From positions 59,954,001 through 60,018,000 of the forward strand of contig OX597821.1 in assembly GCA_951406725.2 (NCBI GenBank): a stretch of DNA of 64,000 nt. The letters run 5' to 3'. Both the position numbers and the translations under genes were made by a program. Source of the stretch: Octopus vulgaris (lineage: Eukaryota). Numbering within the stretch: the stretch's first letter is position 1; every line of letters starts with the position of its first letter. Of the stretch, positions 52,391 to 64,000 are shown in pieces. The notes below the pieces were generated by a model. It did not search any database and had not been told where the DNA came from. It worked only from the letters and a program-made list of their open reading frames with translations.

Positions 52391-53458
52391 TGTTATTTAT
52401 GTATTGGTTTATGTCTATCACCGTTTGAGTTGCATAATAGTGGTTTTATCTCTAATTCATATTTTATATATATATATACATATATATTTGCGTAACAGAT
52501 GTTAGTATCACTACTCATTCATTCATAAATGAAAATTATTCTGAATTTGTCTATGTCCATCACCACCAGTGGGTTGCTAGATTCACCTTACTCTCATTTT
52601 CAAAATATTTTTTTTTATTATTTTGCTGTGGGCATTTTCTTTCCTACATGAAAATAATAACAATAAAGATTGTGTCTATGCATATCTTTTATTAGGTCAT
52701 TAACATTATTGCTCAACTCTCTCATCCTTTTCAATCTCTATAAAGCCCAATAGTGACAATTGTCATAAAATAATGTACTTTAATAGAAAAAGCTCAACAA
52801 ACAACTTCTACAGATTTTTATAGCAAAGCCTATAAAGAAAATATAAACACTGTAGCTTGTGACTCTCATACTCATTTATCTTTCGTTTCAGTCATTACAC
52901 TGTGGCCATGCTGGGGCACTGTCTTGAGGAATGCTAGTTGAGTGAATCAACTCCAGTTCTTACATTATCAGTCTCTTTTGAACCACTAAATTACAGGGAT
53001 GTAAACACACCAACACCAGCTGTTGAGTGTTGGTAGAGGACAAACACAGACACAAAAACACACACACACACACATACAATGGGCTTCTCTCAGTTTCCAT
53101 TTACCAAATCCACTTAGAAGGCTTTGGTTGATCCAAGGTTATAGTAGAAGATGCTTGCCCAAGGTGTCATACAATGGGACTGAACCTGGAATCATGTGGT
53201 TGGGAAGCAAACTTCTTACCACACAACCACTCCTGTGCTAATATGTTTCTTGCATGAACTTAATCTTAGTTTTGTATTATGATTCTATTGACACCCAGGA
53301 TGCTTCAAAGGAATATTATATTGAGCTCGGTACCTCACTTACTAAGCAAAGTTCGTTTCAGCAGGATTTGAGTTCAGAACGTAAAAGGCTCTAACTAAAG
53401 AGCACAGGTATTTTGTCCAACACTCTCATGATTCTGCCATTTCCCCAGGTTAACTTAA

Positions 53459-53897
53459 CCCTTTTGGTACCAAACTGCCTGAGATCTCACCTGGTTCTTT
53501 GATAAAATTTCCTGTTTTAACCCTTTAGCATTTAAACTGGCTATAATATCTGGCCAAAATATTCTGTTTGTTTTATGCTCAAACTGGCCAAATCCTGCCT
53601 TTCACACCTACCCTACAATGTCATGCTAAAAGTAAACAATCCCATAATTGAAATCTCAAAGCTACAAGATAATGCCTGATTGATTCAAAACAATATGAAT
53701 AAATAAGCATTACATTTGACAGAATAATCTAAATACTAAAGGGTTAAAGTGATGTAAATTAAAACCTTCTCTCAGAATTTCACATTAATTTATGTTTCAA
53801 ATGCTAGCTTTATAATGAAGTTTTACTAAATTCTTCAATATTTCCAAAATTAATTAAAACAGAAGTGCATTTCAAGAGAAATATGGTAATAAGAGGG
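53459..53897. mobile_element. piggyBac-type MITE (subfamily 2-like) containing a nested subfamily 1 MITE at 53521-53743
   Basis: Outer element TTAA|CCCTTTTGGTACCA...TGGTAATAAGAGGG|TTAA. Inner element TTAA|CCCTTTAGCATTTA...AAATACTAAAGGG|TTAA. Confidence 0.85.
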
Positions 53898-54199
53898 TTA
53901 AGCAAAATTAATGAACTTTTTAATTTATGCATCTTGCTTTTTTTTTTTTCTCAAGTAATTATTTGTCTATCTATCAGTTTTAATTTATTACTCTTGTGTA
54001 GATTCCAATGTAAAAGTATTCAATATTTATTGATAAATCTTTCACATTGGTTTAATATATGCACAGATGTCAGTGTCTTAAATTTAGGTTGCTAGGCATT
54101 TGAATGGAAAAAAAAAAAAAGAAAAGAATAACAGGGCAAGAAAAATCTTAATGTACACTTCACTGTGTTCATATACAAATATCAATATACGCGAGTATT

Positions 54200-55040
54200 A
54201 TGGATGATACCTCACAACTGATGCAGAAAGAGAGAATTAGAAGATCTTGTTGCAAGATTTGAAGAAATCCTTCAAAAGCACTATCTGAAATTATATCATT
54301 TCGCTTTGACAACTTTCCACAAGTGTAAAGCTAATGACAGCATTGAAGGGAAAACCATCCACCAAAAAAATAAAAAGAGAAAAATAAACTATTCATGACA
54401 ACATTCTTGGAAAGTATCCATTGGAAAATAAAGATAATAGGGGGGGGGAGAAGCAGCTCTCTTCACTTATAACAAATGTGTACAATGAAATATTGGTGTG
54501 CAAATGGATGAAAAATGATATAAAGACTTTGTATTTGACTTCATTGTCAAGTATCACACACTATTTATCAGTGACTAAAATTCCTTTTCTTGTATAGTAC
54601 CACATCCTACAGAAATTGATAATGGACACATTGGTGGAGGAGACTAAATGAACCAGAGCATCAAAATATAGAATTCTTATGCAGGTAGGCTAGAGATAGT
54701 ATTATTGCCATCTGATTCATATATTATTGAATGATAATAACCTAGCAGTTCTATAAAATCTGCACAAACAAAAAGGCAATGGACCTTTCAGTCTGTCAAA
54801 AGAAACGGAGTCAGATATTTATTTATTTATTTAGAGCAATATTACAACCATCACATCAAGATCAGCAATATATATGCCTACACAAAAACCAAAAGAAAGT
54901 CAGTTTGACATGCATGCGCATTGGGATTGTTCCCCAAGACAAACAAACTTATTGTGTTCATTGTCATATGGAAAAAAGATAATGTAAGGCATATGATAAA
55001 GGACTGCATGTAAAATGTCTCACAGTATACAGCGAATATT
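54200..55040 (+). pseudogene. Highly decayed piggyBac-family transposase (C-terminal half)
   Basis: Motifs in the expected order across stops and frameshifts: FDNF/TSVKLMTALK (about 54306), ILVCKWMKN (about 54490), NGHIGGGD*MNQ (about 54621, cf. YNxxMGGVDxxDQ) and a Cys-rich tail CVHCH...CKAYDKGLHVKC (about 54953-55020). Confidence 0.7.
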
Positions 55041-55949
55041 CAATAACTCTAATTCATTTTCTCTCTTTCTCTCAAATGTGAGTATCCATGTAGCTACAAC
55101 AAGAACTTGCTCTATCTCAGCCTCTTTCCTCTTATTTTAACCCCCCAACTTATATATACATGCAACATCCTCCCTCCCTGGGTTTCTTGACTTGCATGCT
55201 ACATGGTGACCTCATTAGTGCTGGTGGCACGAAAAAAAGCACCCAGTACACTCTGTAAAATGTTTGACATTAGTAAAGACATCCAACTACAGAAATCATG
55301 CCAAAGCAGACACTGGAACACGATGCAATCCTTTAGCTCATCAGATCCTTGTCAAACTGTCCAACCCATGTAAGTATGGAACATGAGTGTTAAATGATGA
55401 TGATGATGATGAAGACATACAATATATTATATCTTCATGGTAAATTATATTTGGATTAATGAAAATTCATTCACATACTAAGAAGCTTTAATTATGCCTG
55501 TTCTTGTTATTGTTTGCTATCATAAATGCAGACTTTAGGCATAAATGGTTGAGGGCACATCCTAGCTGCTACAGAACATGAGCTGTTTCTTCACATTTAC
55601 TTAGTATGCACTTAATTAGGCATGAAAGTCTCACATTTATGGGAAGCAGAAATTGAATGCTGTGGCAATTCATATCTTTATTAACAGCATTAGCTCAATA
55701 ATTGAAGCTATCCCAATTATCAGAATATTATCAGCTTAACACCTACAGAACAAAAAATCCATATCCAATAAATTTAATTCTCTATTTTGCTACAATGGCA
55801 AGTAAGTTTTCGAAATATTCTTCATTTATTGAATTCATATCTTCTATTACTGAATTGGTGCCAATAAAGATTTCAGCCAATCTCACAGTCCTTATTTCCT
55901 GTTGTGAGGGTTATTCTATTATTGTTGCTATCACTTTCATTAAGATTGT

Positions 55950-56510
55950 AAACTGGCAGAATCAATAGCAAGTCTGGCATTTCATCCATCTTTACATTCT
56001 GAGTTCAAATTCCGCTGAAGTCAACTTTGTCTTTCATCGTTATGGGGGGGTGATAAAGTAAGTACTAGTTGAGCAATGGGGTCGATGTAATCAACTTACC
56101 CCCTTGCCCCAAATTGCTGGCCTTGTGTCTAAATTTGAAACCTGTTTAGCAGCATTTCATCCAGTTCAAACACTGCCAACGTTGACTTTGCCTTTCATTC
56201 TTGGCAATGGGGTTGGTGTAATCAACTTATACCCCTTCAACAAAATTTCAGGCTTTGTGTCTATAGCAGAGAGGATTATTGTTGTTGTCGAGTGTGGCAA
56301 ACAGTCAGAATCTTTGGAGCATTGGAAAAAAATTATTTGCTACATTTACCCATCTGTTGACATTCTGAGTTCTAATCTCAGTGGTCAACTTAGCCTTTCA
56401 TCCTTCTAGGGGCCAATAAGATAAAGTACCAATCAAGTACTTGATTTCATAAAACTGACTATCCTTCTCCCATAAAATTGCTAGTCATGTTCCTAAACCA
56501 GAAACAATCG
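55950..56510 (+). mobile_element. Cluster of three degenerate SINE family B copies
   Basis: ctggcagaatc...ttctgagttcaaattcc...ctttcatc...ggccttgtg repeated on the plus strand. Confidence 0.75.
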
Positions 56511-56514
56511 TTTA

Positions 56515-56745
56515 CCATATTTTCCAGCATACAAGTCATCACAGAATATAGTGTAAACATGAAGTGTAAATATTCATGCATTGTTGTTATCTTTCCAGAA
56601 TCTTTCTGCATTTCACATGGAATTTTTGGTCCTCCAAAGCTGTTTTGGTGTTAAAGTCAACCTACTCTCTTTTGGCTGAAACTTTTGTGTGAAAAACTTG
56701 TATGCTGGAATACATGGAAAAAAAGCTTGTATGCTGGAAACATGT
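56515..56745. mobile_element. Degenerate Tc2/pogo-like MITE
   Basis: TA-ccatattttccagcatacaag ... cttgtatgctggaaacatgt-TA. The right-end motif is tandemly duplicated. Confidence 0.5.
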
Positions 56746-57222
56746 TACTAAGAGGAACTGTATAATTCTTGTGGATTCCATAAATGAGAAAAATATAAGC
56801 CGATTGCTTAGACTCCAAATAATTGCTAAGAATGAAATCTTACATGTTTGTAATGTATTAGTACCACGACAAGAATGATTAGTAGTAATTTATAATTAAA
56901 TCTAGAGCCATTTTCTCTTTTTGGAAGCTGCAAATTTTGTTTCTACTGGTAAAAAACCATATTTGAAATAGTAATTTTAGTACCAATCTAATCTTGTTTT
57001 TTTTTTTTTATCACATTTAGAATATCTGACAATTACAAAAAACTATTGCTGATTACAAAAATTAATAAGTAGCACAGCCTGATGCTGAAATATATTTGCC
57101 ATTCAGCAAAATTAGAGCAGAACACTTGAAATGAAGAATAAACCGGGGGAGGGAGGGACACTAAAGATTTCACTATTGGTATGTAATTATAACAGTTTTG
57201 GTTTAATTTCACTTGCAGAAGG

Positions 57223-57276
57223 TCAGAATTATTGTTGGTATCAGATCCAAATGTCTAATACCAACAATAATTCTGA
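57223..57276. repeat. 19-bp perfect-arm hairpin
   Basis: tcagaattattgttggtat pairs with ataccaacaataattctga. Confidence 0.85.
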
Positions 57277-57639
57277 TTTTATGGCTTGGCAGAGTTCCTA
57301 GGTGAATAACAAGCTTCCCACATCTATAATTAGTGTGTATTGATTGATAAAAAAGCAATAGTAGATACCATATAAACTTTTACTACAAATTTGAGGTTTC
57401 TTCTTCTGACAAATTTCTATCCATTGAAACACGTACAAAATATGAATAAACTTTAATATTCCAAAATTCAGTAACTTTTGATCTTAGTATTATTTTTTTT
57501 TAAAATTTTATTACTGAAACTTAGTTCAGAGATAGGCAATGATGAGAAACGCTAGAATATAAGGTTTGATCAATGATTAGCTATAATGTTTAAGTGATCA
57601 AACAATAGCAAAGCTTCCTCAATACTTTTTTAAAAAGGA

Positions 57640-58100
57640 AACTAGTGAAGTATAATTGGATTTCAGTTAATGTATTCTGTTTCAGAATAGAAAATTCACC
57701 AAGAAACATAGCAGAAAGATATCTTCTTTTGATGTCCGTATCAGTGACATTTGAAAGTCAATGTCTGAATTCAGTACAGAACACATTTATAAGAGAGTGT
57801 CAAACAGAAGAGAACTACCTGGAAAGTCTTCTGTTAAAGAACCCAGGAGACAAAAAGTGGGATATTATTAAAGAATGCAGGAGACAGCAAGTGACTTCAG
57901 ACCACAGCAAATATGGTTAACAAAGATAAGAGGAAGCGAACGTCTTGTAATTGTTTCAGGAATGATTGATTAAAGGAACTACCACTTCTACTACTCACTC
58001 ACTCACTCCACTTACAGAACTGGCTGGTCATTGTAAGAAGCGCCAACAAAAATGCACAAATATCATGGGCATCACCACCAGAACAGCAATCATAGTTGTC
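57640..58100 (+). mobile_element. Possible very old R4/Dong-like LINE fragment
   Basis: Weak motif echoes: HSKY (cf. HGQY), WLTKIRGSERLVIV...RNY (cf. WL...ETE.LI.AAQ...RNY) and ELAGHCKKRQ (cf. LA...Y..RHN). Confidence 0.3.
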
Positions 58101-61100
58101 ATCTATTTTAAACAGGTTTCTCTGGAATGGATGAAATATTAACAGAATGAGTCAACCACAGCTGGAGGCAACTCAAATGAGACACCTTACTTTATGTACT
58201 TCAGCCAGAGAGGTGCTATTACTCTGTTCCCTAATCAATTTTATCTCCTGTCTGTAGTATAATACCTACACTACTATCAACTCTACTTTGAAGAGGAAGA
58301 AAGATTAAGTTCTTTGTCATGGCAGGATTTGAACACAACATAAAACAATGTTATATAGAATTGTGAGTCTAAGATTTATTGAGGAAGTGGCAACACAACA
58401 TAAAAATGAAGGGAAAATTGCTCAATAATATAAATATTAAGCTTAGCTCTCTTGGTTTCTTTATATATATATGAATGTGTGTGTATATATATACAAACAC
58501 ACACACACATAACATGTGTTTATAATAATTTCCCCTAGATTTGCTGCATATCTCATTACTAGTAATACTACTAAGTAAAGTAGTTACTTAACCACTATAC
58601 TGGAAAATGATAATCTACATGGAGCTCTAAACTTAACAGTAGAAGTTGTACATCTATATGTGTACATACAAGAGTGTGTATATATATATATATATATAAA
58701 TCAACCATGTGTATACATAAACAAACCTACATTTGTTTTTTAGAAGCATCGCATGTGTATCGTAGAATACAGACGAGGTGATATTTCAAACGCAGTATCA
58801 CCGTTAAAACAGCAACATCGCTTGACAACCAATGCTGGTGTGTTTACGTCCCCGTCACTTAGCAGTTTGACAAGAGAGACCGATAGAATAAGTACTAGGC
58901 TTATAACGAATAAGTCCTGGGGTCGATTTGCTCGACTAAAGGTGGTGCTCCAGCATGGCCACAGTCAAATGACTGAAACAAATAAAATAAAAGAATAAAA
59001 GAAATATGAATATATCTATGTAAACAATGTGATCAAAGATGGACAAATAGATAATGGGTGTGTAAGCATAAACTTAGCTATTTTTCTGTCTTCTATCACA
59101 TTGTTTATAAAGATGCATTCATATGTGAAACATCATAACTTTCATGGCTGGCTCTAAATTCTATAGAAAATCTACAGAGGCAAACTTCAATATGAAAAGA
59201 AATTGTGTTCAGTCAATTTGTTGGAAAATAGTGGCCAAACCACTATAAAACCACACCCTACCATCTAAAACAAGAAAGGACATGGAAAATGTAGACCTAG
59301 AAATACAAAAAGATGGGATGGTCATGTCTGGAACGCCCTTGATCATATTTCCCCTCAATCAAAGCTGACCAAGAGCTAAACAACTACACCTCTATTGTCC
59401 ATTGTCACAGCCCCAAAATTTGTGACTTAACTTCAACAATTGTCCTACAGTGTGTTTCTTGTTATTTCTTATTTTCCATTCACAATACTTGACAGTTAAA
59501 AATGAAGTTGTTGTGTGTCTCTTTTTGCTCTCCTCCCTTAGATTTCACATGCAAGAGTTACTTTCAAGTGTTATGAGCCTGGTCTACATAAAACAGTGAG
59601 AGGCGACAACACAGCTAGCCAGCCAGCCAGCCAGACAGCTAGCCAGCAGTAAGTATGAGATGGAAACTAGGTTAGTTGGTAAATATTTACTAATGTCACC
59701 AATGAATAAGAAACACTGGTATTTCTTTCACCACCATACCTCTCTAGAAAAGAGAATTAGAACCAAGATAAGTTCAACACTAAATAAAAGTCTTAAAGAT
59801 TCTTCAGAAAATGAGTTATCAGAAATTGTTCCTTTTCATAATATTTTTTAAGAAAGGCATACATTTATTTCTGATACTTAGTGAAGGAAACTACTTTTAT
59901 GGAGGTTATCCAAATAAAATAATGTTTTACTTGATGATAATGATAACAAGAATGGGGGAAGGCAGCTGGCAATGTAATCCAGCTTTATACTAGATGTTCT
60001 TACAGGCTTAGAGTTTAATCTTTCTGGACTGAAGTGACAGTGAAGTGGTTTCTTACACAGATGACACAGTACCTTAAACTTATGGAGAATTGACACGAAG
60101 TGATAATAATTCCTTGGCTGTGTGGCTAAGAAGCTTACTTTGCAATCACGTGGTTGTCAGGTTCAACCCCACTGTGCAGTACCTTGGGCAAGTGTCTTCT
60201 ATTTTAGCCCAGGGCTGATTAAAGCGTTCTAAGTGGATTTGGTACATGGAAACAGAAAGAAGCCAATAGTGTCTCTCTCTAATATATATATAGTGGGGTA
60301 GGCCAGTTTATGGGGTTACCCTGGGTTTCTTGCTCATAAGGCTTTTAGACCCCCAAACACTGCTGGTCTGCAGCCCCCTTATGAGCAAGTAAAAATTTTC
60401 TTGTTCTGTACTTTACCAGATGTAATAAGTTGTCTGGAACTTTTCCAAGAGTAATAACTTGTCCTGTAATTTTCCAGGTTTATAATCCCAAGAATATTAT
60501 TTGCTCACATTTTCCCCTGTAATCCATGTTTTTTCCAGGCTATGCTATTATGCTAATTAATAATGCATCAAATGTGTCAGTGGTGTTGTTGATAATTTTT
60601 TTCTTATCTCAATGATGCTGGTGACGTATATTAAAAGTCCCCTTATAGAACTATATTCATAAAAAAAGTATAGAACTATATTATCACTCTGAAATTTGAG
60701 AAACAAAACACTTGTAACTCTGTAACTCTTTTCTTTTAAAACTTCATTGAATGAGATTGATATTATGAAATTCCTCGAATTGAGCTCTATCATTTAAGCT
60801 TAATTAAAATATGGTTTGTTAGCTTGCTTATCAACGACATGGTTTCGGGTTCAGTCCCTCCATGTGGCAAGTGTCTTCTACTATAGCCTTGGGTTGACCA
60901 AAGCCTTGTGAGTGGATTTCGTAGACAGAAACTGAAAGAAGCCCATCGTATATGTGTGTGCATGTGTGTATGTATATGTTTGTCCCCCCATCATTGCTTG
61001 ACAACCAATGTTGGTGTGTTTACATCCCTGTAACTTAGCGGTTCGGCAATAGACACCAATAGAATAATAACTAGGCTTACAAAGAATAAATCATAGGGTC

Positions 61101-61641
61101 AATTTGTTCGACTAAATGTGGTGCTCCAGCATAGCTGCAGTCAAATGACAAACAAATAAAAAAAATACATTCAATTTTTTGCCTTATATTTTTTTCATAA
61201 TATTTTACCTCACAACTTTTTTGATACAAATTTTTGTTGTATGGGACCAAAACTATGAAATTCTTCATGCTTTCTTCTATCATTGAAGCTAAGATAAATA
61301 TATTTTGCTTTTAAATAAAAAATTTAGATCTACACTTGATTTGTGGTGTTACTCTCCTATAACATTGCTACAAATTTTGATGTAAACTTTTTCTCTTGGA
61401 TCAAATCTCAATTTTTTTAATGCCAAAATGTAGCTAGGGACTAGTCCTCTTCAAAAATGTTAACAGTTTTAATTTTGGTTAAGAACTGAATTAGCGACAA
61501 GCTCTGAAAGATGCTGTGTGTGAGTAAATTGCAGTCTTATGAATATTATTCAACAACTACCGTAGTTGAATATTAGGGTACTTTATGCATTAGCTATCAA
61601 GACAACCACCTAGCTACAATTTCAGCAGGTGAACTTTTGAG

Positions 61642-61643
<2 letters not shown>

Positions 61644-61685
<42 letters not shown>
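61644..61685. repeat. (GA)n microsatellite
   Basis: Directly visible. Confidence 0.95.
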
Positions 61686-61690
<5 letters not shown>

Positions 61691-62164
61691 CAGTTACTTT
61701 CACTTGTCCATATTATAAAATAGTTAGCTGTAAGTATTTAACTGTTTCAAGATGTATTGAAATTGAAGAGAAACAACTTGAGATGGCAAGCTACTTATAT
61801 TCATCTTGTTTGGCTAAGCAACCAAGCTAGGTAATTCGCAAGCTAGCATTGTTAATAAGTGAAGCAATCTCCTGTGTATCACAAGTGAAGAAAAAGTCAG
61901 TAATGGCTGGACAGTAAAGTAGTAGTGAAATTGCAATTGCATGGATTTTATTTTGAATTTTAGTCTTTTGTCATATTGGTGCTTTTCCAGTTGATGGTTG
62001 AATTTTGGTATGGTAACTGTCCATTGCTTACAACATACAAATGAATATTTAAGCTTTGAGAACATCACATAATGAATATTATTTATACATGTTTATAGTT
62101 ATCAAACAGTAGACAAGTGAAATGACAGTTATGGTTATATAGTTTATAAAGTATAGTAATATCG

Positions 62165-62385
62165 GTTTCAAATTTTGGCACAAGGCCAGCAATTTCAGGG
62201 CAGCAGGTAAATCAAGTCAATTACATTGACCCCATTGCTCAACTGGTTCTTATTTTATCAACCCCGAGAAGATAAAAGGTAAAGTTGACCTCAGTGGAAT
62301 TTGAACTCAAAACATAAAGATGGATAAAATATTCTTAAGCATTTTGCTTAGTGAACTAATGATTCTACCAGCTTGTTGCCTTATA
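62165..62385 (-). mobile_element. SINE family B copy (others near 3712, 9648, 26795, 26950, 39684, 40310, 42412, 49967)
   Basis: Colinear with 655-860. Confidence 0.8.
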
Positions 62386-62464
62386 AACCAAAGTAATATT
62401 AATCAGTAATATAATTCTATAATTCAGAAAAAGAAAAAAGAAAAGAAAATATTACCATATAAAA

Positions 62465-62500
<36 letters not shown>

Positions 62501-62813
62501 CATATATACACACACACATATATATTAAATTCTTTTTTTTTTTTGACACAGGTCTATTTTTTGGCTACCAATTCTTACCAGCTTACTTCATGCAGCACAC
62601 ACACAGATATTTATTTTCATTACATCCTACACTGTCCTGGCTACTACCATCCACAACATTCTCACACTAGATAATTCTTTACTCAGTTTTCATCAACCAA
62701 TTTCTAACCACCTTGGCCTATCTTTATACTTTGGCTAAAACACAAAGTTATCTCAAATCAGTGAATCAGTCATACAAAGTAGCAACCTAATTTTCAATAC
62801 ACCACAGCATTAC

Positions 62814-62842
62814 CTTGTTCATAATTCACATATCTACATTAC
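62814..62842 (-). other. Candidate 29-nt exon or recursive splice site, ending ATG AAC AAG (would give MNK|SESP...)
   Basis: tctttctttcag|GTAATGTAGATATGTGAATTATGAACAAG|gtaatg. The acceptor is directly followed by a donor-like GTAATG, with a second donor 29 nt later. Confidence 0.25.
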
Positions 62843-63479
62843 CTGAAAGAAAGATCTGATGTCACTAATTCCAAGCAGCTTTCCCAGCTCACAATTTTAA
62901 ATACCATGATTTAAATAACATTAAAATCTAAATATTTTCCCTGGTATACTCACTTGTTCTATAAGAGATATTTAAGTACAATGAACACAGCAAAAGTAGC
63001 AATAATCCTATTAAAGATTAAATATTATCTCACTCAGCGAAACCAGTTGGTTTGAAAGAAATTTGGTTAGCCAAAATGGCTGGTGATATATATTCTGTGG
63101 AGGAGACCAGTTATCAAGTTAGCTGATATCTGTGTAGTATTGCTTGACTGTACAGATAACTCAGATTCTAGCCTAGTAAGCATGACATTGTGATAAACAT
63201 TCTGCATCTAACAAAATGGCATATTTTTTTTTCTTTGGTGAAGGAATGGAATGAAAACTATTAGACTTCATTAATATAGTCTTTTTTTTTCTCTCATTGA
63301 AGTCAATATGAACCAATTTTTCAGTAAATATTGAAAGAAAATACAATCTTCAATAGAAATAAGACAGAGCCAACAAAATACTCAGTTAAGACATATACAT
63401 ACATGTACAGAGCCATAGATAGAAAATCATTGTGTGACCAGATTATTTTTATTTTAGGGTAGCAAAGTTACATTCTGAC

Positions 63480-63660
63480 TGCATCCATAGAGTATTCTAC
63501 CATCTTTTCTCGTACTTTTATTTTTCCTGATGAAGGACTAGTACCAGAAACATCAAGAGTCTTTCCCTTCTTTTTAGGTGTTAAACTAATAGAACATTTA
63601 TTAAAACTTGTCCCTCTAGTGTTGATTTCCGTTTGTACTTATTGTTTACTAATACCTATT
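63480..63660 (+). mobile_element. Older Penelope-like pLTR remnant with a degenerate hammerhead core (63527-63554)
   Basis: CUGAUGA-AGG-acuagua-CCA-GAAA-CA-UC in a pyrimidine-rich context resembling 63860-64000. Confidence 0.5.
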
Positions 63661-63910
63661 TAGATTAACTCTGGCAAGAAAATCAATCAGTTACTTTCAG
63701 CATTTACCACTTTAGTCGAGCAAATCGACCCCAGGACTTATTCTTTGTAAGCCTAGTACTTATTCTATTGGTCTCTCTTGCCAAACTGCTAAGTGTCAGG
63801 GAGGTAAACACAGACACACAAACATATATATACATACATATATATATATATATGTGTGACTGCGATTTTTTTCTCCTTCGTCTTCCCTTCTTTGGATGTT
63901 TCCTTTTCCT

Positions 63911-63949
63911 ATGTTTCTGACGAAGAGCTCCGCTCGAAACGTTAAACAT
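63911..63949 (+). ncRNA. Minimal type I hammerhead ribozyme motif (Penelope-like element associated)
   Basis: AUGUUU-CUGACGA-A-GAGC-ucc-GCUC-GAAA-CG-UU-AAACAU. This gives a 6-bp stem I, intact core, 4-bp stem II, palindromic ACGU in place of stem III, and a GUU cleavage triplet. Confidence 0.7.
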
Positions 63950-64000
63950 TCCTTCTTTCCTATAACACTATACTTGTTCCACGTCCTCATGTTGTAGTGT

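Noticed and set aside
1-64000. Prokaryotic or viral operon-type system
   Set aside because: There are no dense ORFs, operon structure or compositional island. The only long ORF is the Tc1 transposase.

Overview
AT-rich, repeat-saturated eukaryotic DNA. The SINE repertoire and microsatellite load look like an octopus (coleoid cephalopod) genome; this is my inference from recalled repeat families. The window appears to be mostly intronic sequence of a minus-strand RNF38/RNF44-like RING E3 ligase gene. There is one convincing coding exon (42933-43126) and several speculative small exons. The rest is nested mobile DNA. It includes dozens of SINE copies in about four families and a full-length IR/DR-type Tc1 (DD34E) element with one premature stop, inserted into a SINE microsatellite. 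It also holds a deleted mariner-like element, piggyBac MITEs plus a decayed piggyBac transposase, a Helentron/HINE-like element, LINE fragments, and a 42-bp minisatellite open on both strands. The most unusual recurring signal is a set of minimal hammerhead-ribozyme cores (one apparently intact at 63911-63949), several inside fold-back inverted duplications, as expected for Penelope-like element remnants. I found no prokaryotic genes, CRISPR array, rRNA or true tRNA gene. Almost all ORFs in the supplied track are repeat or microsatellite artefacts. Repeat boundaries are approximate and read by eye.
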